From Candidatus Latescibacterota bacterium (GTDB lineage: Bacteria > Latescibacterota > UBA2968 > GCA-2709665), in the NCBI GenBank assembly GCA_965226795.1, contig CBDDDZ010000002.1, forward strand, positions 576,001-640,000: a stretch of DNA of 64,000 bases, written 5' to 3'. The position numbers were made by a program, and so were the translations under genes. The notes below the pieces were generated by a model that was not told where the DNA came from, did no database searches, and saw only the letters and a list, made by a program, of their open reading frames with translations. This document shows positions 1 through 9,106 of the stretch, in pieces (position 1 is the first letter of the stretch; the number at the start of each line of letters is the position of its first letter).

Positions 1-159
1 CAGGTTGTTCATCGTATCCGACCCGATGCTGCTGGCGCTTCCTGAAATCCCCCGCGCCGCTTTGTAGGCCGGAATACGAGGGTCGACCTCAATCGTCTGC
101 GACCGAACGGGAACCGCGGTCAGCAGGAGCAACATTACACCGGCAACTGTTCGAATCAT
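1..159 (-). CDS. pstS: Phosphate ABC transporter substrate-binding protein, N-terminal part (runs off the window)
   Basis: Not in the ORF track. Manual translation: MIRTVAGVMLLLLTAVPVRSQTIEVDPRIPAYKAARGISGSASSIGSDTMNNL. Signal peptide followed by the PstS-type 'SIGSDTMNNL' motif; GGAGG RBS; Pho context. Confidence 0.85.
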   Translation of the reverse strand, partial: MIRTVAGVMLLLLTAVPVRSQTIEVDPRIPAYKAARGISGSASSIGSDTMNNL

Positions 160-211
160 CCGTCTACACCTCCCGATTTTCAGGGTGATTGTCTGAAGGA
201 ATTCAGAGATC

Positions 212-244
212 AATGTAAACCGCCAAGGTTACGTTTGTGTGCCA
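212..244 (-). promoter_or_regulatory. Putative Pho-box-like pair plus -10 element upstream of pstS
   Basis: Minus strand reads TGGCAC-N5-CGTAAC-N10-TACATT; same CGTAAC half-site as the arrays at 1504-1638. Confidence 0.45.
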
Positions 245-336
245 ACAGGAGAGGGAGTCGAAATTTCGCCGGGCGGGCGATCCCGGGACCGACTATGGCG
301 CGAGGGCTCCAGGCGTGGCAGCGGCCTCGACTCCAA

Positions 337-1311
337 CTAGAACTTGAAGTGCACCGTCATCCGCGGGACCACCTCGGTATCTGCATTCGAGGAAGCGTAA
401 ATCGTCGCCATTACATTGGGCATGATGTGAATGTTTCCGGCAGGCGTCACATCGATTCCGCCGATAATCATATACTCCTCGTCCCGTACTGTGCTCTGGC
501 CGGGATCGTAATAATCCAGGCGTGCAAATGCCTTGACCCGGGGTCTTACGGTTGCGGTGCCAGAAGCCGACATGCCCAGCACCTGTGCGTCGCCGTCGGC
601 TTCCCCCTTCTTGTTTTTTCGAACAAACGCCTCAATGCCGCCACGGAAATTCTCGCCCGACGTACCGAGCATCCCCGCGAAGGTGACACGATTTCTGCCT
701 TCGGGCTTGCCTTCCCAGTCGAGGTAGACCGTGGCTTCGATGGCGCCCGCAGGTTTCACGTGCAAAAGTGAGTACACCTTTTTTCCGTTATCGGCTTCCG
801 GGCGCTGCCCGTTTCCGTTGCCGAACATCAGTTGGGCGTTCACCCTGCCCTCACCATCCAGCATACCGTTGAAACCTACCCCGAGATCTGCCGAAGAACC
901 AATCTTGTGCAAATCCATAATTGTCTTTCCAATCGATCGGTATCCCCATATCCGCTCGGACACATTCCAGGTGGGTGTGCCGAAGAGCCCCATGTACACG
1001 GTTCGACCGTTCGATCGGTAACGCAAATAGCCGTGCTTCACGAACGGCCTCATCTTGTCTTCGGCGCCAAATCCCGAGTCGTTGGCTTCGTATCGCACCC
1101 GTCCGGACCAGCGGTCATTCCATTTCAGGTCGTACGTCAGATATATCCGCCGGAATTTGAAACCGTTTTCATTTTTGTTCGCTCCGGTAGTGACGAAATA
1201 ATAGTCGCCGAAAGCAACCCCCGTAATCTTGCCTTCCGCGCCTTCGGCGGGGCCGAAAAGGCCAAAGCTCAACACGGCGACGCTTCCCCGGATCGTGTAC
1301 TTAAACAGCAT
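337..1311 (-). CDS. Outer-membrane beta-barrel porin, probably phosphate-selective
   Basis: Signal peptide, 'FKFRRIYLTYD' porin-like motif, amphipathic strands, C-terminal Phe; directly upstream of pstS. Confidence 0.75.
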   Translation of the reverse strand: MLFKYTIRGSVAVLSFGLFGPAEGAEGKITGVAFGDYYFVTTGANKNENGFKFRRIYLTYDLKWNDRWSGRVRYEANDSGFGAEDKMRPFVKHGYLRYRSNGRTVYMGLFGTPTWNVSERIWGYRSIGKTIMDLHKIGSSADLGVGFNGMLDGEGRVNAQLMFGNGNGQRPEADNGKKVYSLLHVKPAGAIEATVYLDWEGKPEGRNRVTFAGMLGTSGENFRGGIEAFVRKNKKGEADGDAQVLGMSASGTATVRPRVKAFARLDYYDPGQSTVRDEEYMIIGGIDVTPAGNIHIMPNVMATIYASSNADTEVVPRMTVHFKF

Positions 1312-1503
1312 TGCTCCTCCCCATAGTGGCGGTTAATTCACCACCTGGACTCCACTCCCGGCGGCCGCGGCGGTTCACCGATTTTATGTACCGGGGTGGC
1401 GGTTCGACCGGGAAGTAAAACGCTGAGGTTCAACTTCAAGCGCAGACCCGAGGTCTCCCGGACTTACCGCTACATATCATGACCCATAAGAATAGTTCAA
1501 TAT

Positions 1504-1531
1504 GTTCCGTTTCCGTTACGAATAGGTTACG
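1504..1531 (-). promoter_or_regulatory. Pho-box-like direct-repeat array upstream of the porin
   Basis: CGTAAC, CGTAAC, CGGAAC on the minus strand at exact 11-bp spacing. Confidence 0.65.
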
Positions 1532-1599
1532 ATACCTGCCTTTAGTATCCTGATCCCGGAATTATGTCACCGTTCTTCCCAGTGCGACGTCGGCAAAAA

Positions 1600-1655
1600 T
1601 GTAATAGAATCGTAACCGTTCCGTAACCCGGCCTTAACATCCGACTCGTTACTTT
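1600..1655 (+). promoter_or_regulatory. Pho-box-like array (4 half-sites) plus -10 element upstream of the TBDR pseudogene
   Basis: TGTAAT(1600), CGTAAC(1611), CGTAAC(1622), CTTAAC(1633) at 11-bp period, then TACTTT at 1650. Confidence 0.65.
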
Positions 1656-1712
1656 GGCGCCGTGCAATGGCAGCGGAGCCGGCGCTGAAAACAGCGACCC
1701 GACTTCGGCAAT

Positions 1713-3958
1713 ATGACCAACCTGGACGGAAGGTTCAGTCTCAGCCTGCCCGTGGGAACGCACAGCATCGAGATTTCATACGTATCCTACGCCTCGAAAA
1801 CGGTAACCGGTGTCGAGGTCCGCGCCGATCAGCCGTTTCAGCTAAGTGAAGCCCTTACGCCCGAAGCGATCGAAGTAGAAGCGATTACGGTGACGGCCAG
1901 GCCGGAGCGGTCCAGCGAAGTCTCAATGCTGGTCATCCAGCAGAAGGCCGGTGTTGTCACGGACGGCATCAGTTCGGAACTTGATGAGCAAGGCCTCCTC
2001 CTCCGACGCCGGAGATGCGCTTAAGCGTGTCACGGGCATCACGGTGGTCGGAGGGCGATACGTTTACGTGCGCGGCCTGGGTGAACGTTACAGCAATACG
2101 CAGGTCAACGGGGCGCAGATGCCCAGCCCCGAGCCGAACCGCCGCGTCGTTCCTATGGATATTTTCCCGGCCGGACTCCTGGAAAACATCCAGGTGGCCA
2201 AGACCTTCTCTCCCGACCAGCACGGCGATTTTTCCGGGGGATCGGTCCGGATCAGAACCAAGGATTTCCCGGACCAGTTGACGCTTTCGCTTTCGGCCTC
2301 CACCAGCTTCCATTCCCAAACCAGCTTTGAAGATATACAGACCTACCCAGGCGGATCCTGGGATTTCATCGGCATCGACGACGGCGGGCGCAACCTGCCC
2401 GATCTGGTTCAAACCCAGGCCGCCGAGCAACCGGTCCGCAAACGCGGGCGTTTTTCCACGACGGGGTTTACGAGTGACGAGATCCAGACCCTCGGTCGTG
2501 CTTTCACCAATGTCTGGTCGCCCGAGACCCGGACGGCACCGCTCAACCAGAGCTACGGCTTCAGCGTGGGGAATGCCGTTTCTTCCGAAAACCGGGAACT
2601 GCGTTTCGTCCTGTCCCTCATTTATGATAATAGCTTCAAGAACCGGAGCCAGGAATGGAATAGCTACCGCCTCACGGCCAAAGACGGTCAGGAATTCCTC
2701 TCCCCGTTTACCAGTTACACGGTCAGCGGCACCACGAACAATGTCCTGTGGGGCGCCCTTTTTAACAGCAGCTTCCGATTCTCGCCGCTTCACAAGATAA
2801 GCCTGAAGACCCTCTATAATCGTAACACCGATGACGAGGCCCGCGGCTATACCGGGTTCAATTCCGACCGCGGCACCGACCTTCGCAACTTCAGGCTTCG
2901 CTATGTGCAGCGCAGCGTTTTTACCGGGCAGCTTGGAGGCGAACACCACATCGACCCCCTCTTCAGATCCAACCTGAACTGGCAGGTCGGCTTTGCCGAA
3001 GCAACGAGAGGCGAACCCGACAACCGCGAAGTCGTCTACGAAATGCGTAATCAGGTGTGGACCTTTTTCGACATTACCCAGAGCGGCAGCCGTTTTTATT
3101 TCGATCTCGCCGATACGGAATGGAGCGGCAAGCTCGACTGGACCGCCCCGTTCACCTCGCCGGCCGGCCTTCCCGAAAAGTTCAAGGTGGGCGGCCTCTG
3201 GCGAAAAAAAGACCGCAGTTTCGACGCCCGCCGGTTCCGCTTGTAAACAGTCCAGCGGCATCCAGCGGCACGTGGATCTTACCGCTGACCCCGAAGCTAT
3301 TTTCGCAGAGGGAAATATCGCTCCCGGGCGGTTTGAGCTGCGGGAAACAACCCGGTCTAACGACAACTACTCGGCAAAACAGGATCTCTGTGGCGGGCTA
3401 CATGATGGTGGACATGCCCGTATCCGCGGCCTGGAGGCTGGTGACCGTTTTGAGGGTCGAATCCTCCAGGCAGGAACTGAGATCTTTCGATCCGTTTGCC
3501 CTCAATTCCGTGCCAATTGTCGTTGTGCTGGACAATACCGACTTCCTGCCGGGCGTGAATCTGGTTCGCCGCCTTTCCGACCGGTCCAATCTGCGGGCGG
3601 CCTACTCCCGAACCCTGGCACGGCCCGATTTCCGGGAACTGGCCCCGTTCGAATTCACCGACTTCGTGGGCGGCAGGGCGGTTGTGGGCGACACCTTACT
3701 GACCCGTACCGTGGTGGACAACTTCGATCTCCGCTGGGAAATCTTCCCCAGGCTGGGCGAGTTGGCGGCTTTCAGCGTTTTCTACTAGAAATTCCACGAC
3801 CCCATCGAGCAGATCATCCAACCCACCGCCCAGCTCCGCGTCAGTTTCGCAAATGCCGCTTCGGCCAACAACTACGGCGTCGAATTCGAGTACCGCCGCA
3901 GACTCGACGCCCTCGTGCCGGACCTGGAGAAATTTTCGGTGAGCGCCAATGTCACACT
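1713..3958 (+). pseudogene. TonB-dependent receptor, disrupted
   Basis: Contiguous TBDR sequence spread over ORFs 1713, 1951, 2993 and 3057 (plug motif 'YVYVRGLGERY', barrel motif 'SRTLARPDFRELAPF'). Frameshifts near 1981, 3244 and 3388; TAG at 3786-3788; no signal peptide; barrel C-terminus missing. Confidence 0.85.
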
Positions 3959-5422
3959 ACGTTTGGCACTCTTCATCGTCCTGGCGCTCGGCCTTCCCGC
4001 CATGATTCAGGCGCAAACCGTCTCGAATGCCCGCGTCGATTTCGACGGCGACGGGACAATCGGATTCGGCGACTTCATCCTGTTCGGACAGAATTTCCAG
4101 TCGGACCATCCGATGTTCGACCTGAGCGGCAATGGCACGGTGGATTTTCCGGACTTTGTCGCATTCGCGAGCGTCTTTGGCCAGACGGTCGTGCAGGTTG
4201 AAGCCCCCAGGATGTCTTGGGCAACATCACGTCAGACGACGTATGGACGTCGGATCGAGACGATCTTCTCTCGGGTCCGGTCTTTGTGCAGGACGGCGCT
4301 ACACTGATCGTTATACCCGGCACAACGATCAGTGGCGAAGGGGCGTCGCAGGGCACGCTGATTATCGCACAGGGCGGGAAGCTCATCGCCGACGGAATCC
4401 CTCGAAACCCGATCGTGTTCACCAGCGATCAATTTGAGGGGGAACGCGACCGTGGCGACTGGGGCGGTCTGATCGTCAATAGCCGCGCCCCGATCAACAC
4501 GGGCACAACGGCTTTCGGTGAGGGCGACACGGGCGAGTATGGCGGCACGGATCCGGAGGACAACAGCGGCATTCTGTGCTACGTGCGCGTGGAGTTCGCG
4601 GGTATCGAGTTTTCGCCGGACAACGAATTGAACGGCATCGCCTTCCAGGGTGTAGGCTCGGGCACGGTGGTGGATTACGTACAGGTGCATTTCAACCAGG
4701 ACGACGGCATCGAGTTTTTCGGCGGCACGGTAAACGCGAAGCACCTGTATTGCACGGGGATCCGTGACGACTCGTTCGACCGGACGGACGGCTGGGTGGG
4801 GAAAGGTCAGTTCTGGGTGGGGCAGCAGTGCGGCGACGCCGCGGACAACGGGTTCGAGTCCGAGACAACAACGAAGCGACGCCGCGGTCGAATCCGACGA
4901 TCTACAACGTGACGCTGGTGGGGGACCCGGACGGGCCGAAGAGCGACACGGGGTTGGTGCTGCGTGAGGGCACGGCGGCGACGCTGAGGAACTTCATTGT
5001 GATGGGCTTCAACGCGAGCGGTCTGGACATCGATACGGAGTCGTCCATCACGCTGGCGAACAACGGGGACTTGTCGGTACAGAACTCGATTTTCTTCAAT
5101 AACGCCGCCGTCGACGATCAGGGCGTACGCACGTTGAGCAACTTCAGCGGTGACGGCGACGGGATCGACGAGGGTTCGTGGGCGACGACGTCGGGCTTCA
5201 ACAACTCGGAGTCGGACCCGGATCTGCGCGCACCGTATAGTCTGCGTTCGCCGAGTTACCAGCCATCGTCCTCGTCGCCAGCGGTGGACGGAACGGTGCC
5301 GGTCGCGAGCCCGCCTTCGGACGGGTTCTGTCGACGCGGTGGACTTCATCGGCGCGATGAGCGCGGACGACGACTGGCTGGCGGGGTGGATCACCACGGA
5401 GCAGCCCGCCGCGGCTCCATAG
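3959..5422 (+). pseudogene. Secreted protein with a dockerin-like EF-hand domain and a beta-helix-like domain, frameshifted
   Basis: Signal-peptide remnant, 'DFDGDGTIGFGDFILF' repeat, then 'GDWGGLIV...YVRVEFAG...DDGIEFFGG' motifs. The frame changes near 4217, 4863 and 5330. Confidence 0.75.
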
Positions 5423-5570
5423 ACACATTCCCGGAAACGGAGGAATAGAAGGGGAGGAAACCTCGCTCCCCTCCCCCTTAGAAACCGGACAGGCTCGCAC
5501 GGAGCGTGACCGCTTCATCGCCTGTTCGGTCTTCCTTGTTTTTTATACCGATTCAACGTATTATTATTGG

Positions 5571-6007
5571 GTGGACACAATGCTTTTTTTAAAAGCAGAA
5601 AGACACAGCCGTCGCAACTTGAACTTGATGAAGATGCACATATTGTCCGGCGCGCTTGCCATCCTGCTGGCGGCGGGATGCGCCAAGGAAATTGGGGAGG
5701 CGGACTCGCCGGAGAGGCTGGCGCGTGCCGTCGTAGTCGCCCTCAACAAAGAAGACCGCGAGGCCCTTCACAGCCTGCGAGTCCAGAAGGAAGAGTACCT
5801 GAGAAGCATCCTTCCGGCGTTTCCGCCCATCGGTTTCTCGCCGGTATTCGATTTGAGAAGCCGGAGGAAACCTATAAGGGTCTGAAACTCCTTCGCGGGA
5901 CCGTCTTAACTGTGCAGACCAGAAAAGGCGAGCAAGTGGACCTGCGTATCCTCGGATCGGTAGTCCTCAGAGACGGCCGCCACAAGCTCCTGAGCTATGA
6001 CGACTGA
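5571..6007 (+). pseudogene. Putative lipoprotein, frameshifted or internally deleted
   Basis: Lipobox-like 'LLAAGC' in ORF 5571; a plausible C-terminus (…LGSVVLRDGRHKLLSYDD) lies in another frame (ORF 5567). Confidence 0.5.
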
Positions 6008-6668
6008 ACGAAATGTCCGAAGCGAAGCGCGAAACAGGCTGATGTCTCTGGGCATCGGCCTTCTGTTTATCGGGCCTGTACTCCCGCTCCAGGCAGCGGA
6101 ACTTTCGTCCGTTCCGAGCATGGATGAAATCCGTTCGCTTCCGGTTTCGCTGACGCCGCTCGAACGCGAGCTTCTTGCGGACGTCGGCGACGGCCGCCTG
6201 GACCGGTTCGATCTGATCGCGTCCGGCGCTACCGAACCCGTTCTCCTGTCCCGGTACAAGAGAAGCTTCCGACATCTCCAGCAGCACGCCCTGCTCTCCA
6301 TTCCCTATCTCATGCAGACTGAACAGATGGCCGCCGAACTGTTTCACTATCTCCACCGTTACGTACTCCGTCAATTCGAAACCCGTCCGGTCACCGTGAT
6401 CAACCTCTGGACGGATGGACGGTATAACTGCATCGCCGCCTCGCGGCTGTACGTCGCATTCCGAAACGCCCTCGGGGCCCAGCTTACACATTCGGAAGAC
6501 AAACAATACCAACAGCTTACGCTCGACTTGGGTTTGGCCTATGCGACCTTTCTCCGTCAACGGGGCGACCGCGCCGGCGAAAGCGGAATCATCGCCTATC
6601 TTCGCGGATTGAAAAAAAATGTCCGCGGCGCATATCCCCGGCGGACTCTGACGGAAGTCATCCGATGA
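5997..6668 (+). CDS. Hypothetical exported protein with a transglutaminase-like 'GRYNC' motif, possibly truncated
   Basis: Hydrophobic N-terminal segment; stop overlaps the start of the CHAD gene (ATGA). Confidence 0.45.
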   Translation: MTTERNVRSEARNRLMSLGIGLLFIGPVLPLQAAELSSVPSMDEIRSLPVSLTPLERELLADVGDGRLDRFDLIASGATEPVLLSRYKRSFRHLQQHALLSIPYLMQTEQMAAELFHYLHRYVLRQFETRPVTVINLWTDGRYNCIAASRLYVAFRNALGAQLTHSEDKQYQQLTLDLGLAYATFLRQRGDRAGESGIIAYLRGLKKNVRGAYPRRTLTEVIR

Positions 6669-8200
6669 AAAACAAAGTATGTGCGCTGCGCCTGCCGGCA
6701 TCGATTGATTCGCACAGGGTATGGGAGGAGGCCGCCCGTTCCCATGCCAGCGAACCGATAGAGGATACAGAGCAGGTCCAGACCTTCCTCGATACCTTCG
6801 ACTGGCGCCTTTTCAACAGGAACATGGCTCTGCTGAAAGAAAAGGATCGCTACCTCCTCTACAGCCTGCCAAACCGTGAAACCGTCGCATCGCTCAGCCT
6901 GCCGCGTGGAACCGAACCGGTATTCAGCGCGGATTTTCCCGAGGGGCCATTCAAGAAGACCCTGCAAGCACATTTGAGCGTACGGGCGCTGTTACCGCGC
7001 GCGCGCGCCAGGACCCGCCGGCAGACCATGCGCGTCCTCAACAGGAATGAAAAGACCGTCCTCATCGCAACGCTTGAACAGGCCAGGGTGACGGACACCG
7101 CGCGTACCGAACAACCGTTCAACACGCTCTTGTTGCGGCCGATCCGGGGATATGAGAAACATCTGCGCAGACTGAACCGGTCCCTGCGAGAAGCCGGGGC
7201 CGAACCCCAAACCGAAGACCTGTTCCACGCCGCAGTGCGGGCGACCGGCAGGAGACCGGGAGACTATACTTCAAGACTCAATATCGCGCTTGAACCGGAT
7301 CTGACGGGCGCAGAGGCTGCGAGGCGGATTCTGGGGCTTCTGTTCCGAACCATCAGATGCAATGAAGCAGGGATAAAAGAGGACATCGATACGGAGTTTC
7401 TGCACGATTTCAGGGTGGGTATCCGGCGCACCCGGTCGGCGCTCGGTCAGATCAAATCCGTTTTTCCCGAAGCCCGTGTTGCCCGCTTCCGGAATGACTT
7501 TTCCTTTCTCGGCAAACTCACCAACCGCCTGCGAGACCTGGACGTCGCCTTGCTCAGGCAGGACGCGTACCGCCTTCTCCTGCCGGGATATCTGCGGCCT
7601 CGACTGGACTCTCTCTTTGAATCCCTGCGGGCCGAACGTACGGGTGAACACCAACGCCTATCCGCCGCCCTGGACGGCGACAGGTACTTGAAAATAGCCA
7701 CCGACTGGGAGGCGTTTCTGGAATGCCCGCCGGAGTCCGGATCGCCCGACAACGTCGATGTGCCGGCGACGGGGCTGGCGCAGAGGTTTATTGGAAAGAG
7801 ATACGGTCGCGTGATCGCAATGGGAACCGCAATCGATGAGGCAACGCCCGACGCCGACCTGCATCGGCTTCGGATTGAGTGCAAGAAACTACGCTACCTC
7901 CTCGAGTTTTTTTCGTCGCTTTTTCCCGTGGAAGAGATCCGGCTGATTGTCGAGCACCTGAAGAGCCTGCAAGACAACCTGGGCGACTTCAACGACCTCT
8001 CCGTTCAACAGGCAGACCTGAAGACGTACCTGGAAGCGTTACCGGCCGAGAGGGCTCAACCGGAAACCTTTGCCGCTATCGGCGGGCTGATCGGCTGCCT
8101 TTGCCGTGAGCAGCAGACCGTCCGTGCGGCCTTTTCAAAGACGTTTGCGCAATTCAACCGGGCGGAGGTCGCCGCGACGTTCCGACGTCTGTTCGTCTGA
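6665..8200 (+). CDS. CHAD-domain polyphosphate-binding protein with a degenerate CYTH-like N-terminus
   Basis: CHAD motifs 'EFLHDFRVGIRRTRS', 'LRDLDV', 'LHRLRIECKKLRYLLE', 'LQDNLGDFND'. Confidence 0.9.
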   Translation: MKNKVCALRLPASIDSHRVWEEAARSHASEPIEDTEQVQTFLDTFDWRLFNRNMALLKEKDRYLLYSLPNRETVASLSLPRGTEPVFSADFPEGPFKKTLQAHLSVRALLPRARARTRRQTMRVLNRNEKTVLIATLEQARVTDTARTEQPFNTLLLRPIRGYEKHLRRLNRSLREAGAEPQTEDLFHAAVRATGRRPGDYTSRLNIALEPDLTGAEAARRILGLLFRTIRCNEAGIKEDIDTEFLHDFRVGIRRTRSALGQIKSVFPEARVARFRNDFSFLGKLTNRLRDLDVALLRQDAYRLLLPGYLRPRLDSLFESLRAERTGEHQRLSAALDGDRYLKIATDWEAFLECPPESGSPDNVDVPATGLAQRFIGKRYGRVIAMGTAIDEATPDADLHRLRIECKKLRYLLEFFSSLFPVEEIRLIVEHLKSLQDNLGDFNDLSVQQADLKTYLEALPAERAQPETFAAIGGLIGCLCREQQTVRAAFSKTFAQFNRAEVAATFRRLFV

Positions 8201-8218
8201 CCATTTAGAGCGCATTCT

Positions 8219-8968
8219 ATGCCAACAGTCGCCCTGTACAACATCAAGGGCGGGGTGGGAAAGACCGCCACGGCTGTAAATCTGGCCTACCTCGCCGCAC
8301 ACGACGGCGCACAGACCATTCTGTTCGATCTGGACCCCCAAGGATCGGCCGCGTTTTATTTTCGCATCAATCCCTCCAAAAAACTCCCGGGTCGAATATT
8401 CGTCCGCGGGGGCCGAAGGATTGAGAAGCGCATCAGAGGCACCGACTACGAAAACCTGGATCTGCTGCCGTCTAACCTGTCATTCAGAAACCTGGACACG
8501 ATTCTGAGCAGATTGAAACGCTCCTCGAAGCGGCTCGATCGCATTCTGAAGCCGTATCTGAAGACATACGACTACATCTTTCTGGACTGTCCGCCCGGTA
8601 TTGGCCTGGCGTCGGAAAATATGCTTTTCGCCTCTGACATCGTCCTGGTGCCGTGTATCCCAACCACGCTGTCCATGCGGACCTATGACCAGCTGTTGCG
8701 GTTCTGTCATTCCAGACACCTGGATGTCTCCCGGATCCACCCGTTTTTCACCATGGTCGAGAAACGGAAACGGATGCACAGCGAACAGCTGGCAACCAGT
8801 AGAGATCTGGAAGACGGTTTTCTGGATACGCAGATACCCTACGCTTCGGAAGTCGAGAAAATGGGCATCCACCGAAAACCGGTGCCCTGCTTCGCGCCGG
8901 GTTCGCCCGCCTCAAACGCGTATCAGGATCTTTGGGATGAACTGAAAGCCATGGCTTCGAAACGTTGA
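8219..8968 (+). CDS. ParA/MinD-family ATPase
   Basis: Deviant Walker A KGGVGKT, 'DLDPQG', 'DCPP'; no parB nearby. Confidence 0.9.
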   Translation: MPTVALYNIKGGVGKTATAVNLAYLAAHDGAQTILFDLDPQGSAAFYFRINPSKKLPGRIFVRGGRRIEKRIRGTDYENLDLLPSNLSFRNLDTILSRLKRSSKRLDRILKPYLKTYDYIFLDCPPGIGLASENMLFASDIVLVPCIPTTLSMRTYDQLLRFCHSRHLDVSRIHPFFTMVEKRKRMHSEQLATSRDLEDGFLDTQIPYASEVEKMGIHRKPVPCFAPGSPASNAYQDLWDELKAMASKR

Positions 8969-9028
8969 CAGGTGATAACACAGCCCATCAAACCCCCGCG
9001 CCGTAAAGACTTGCAAACCTGATTCCGT

Positions 9029-9057
9029 TTGACTCCTGCCTTGTGTTGGCTTATCTT
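9029..9057 (+). promoter_or_regulatory. Putative sigma70 promoter for ppk1
   Basis: TTGACT-17 bp-TATCTT. Confidence 0.5.
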
Positions 9058-9106
9058 GAGCCGAATGCAGGTATCGATGACTCCAATTAACCACGAGAAA
9101 CGCGTC

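Noticed and set aside
3786..3788. In-frame TAG in the TBDR as possible pyrrolysine or readthrough
   Set aside because: The gene also has three frameshifts and a truncation; a simple nonsense change (probably AAG to TAG) explains it.
8219..8968. Chromosome or plasmid partition locus
   Set aside because: No parB, parS-like palindrome or rep gene nearby.
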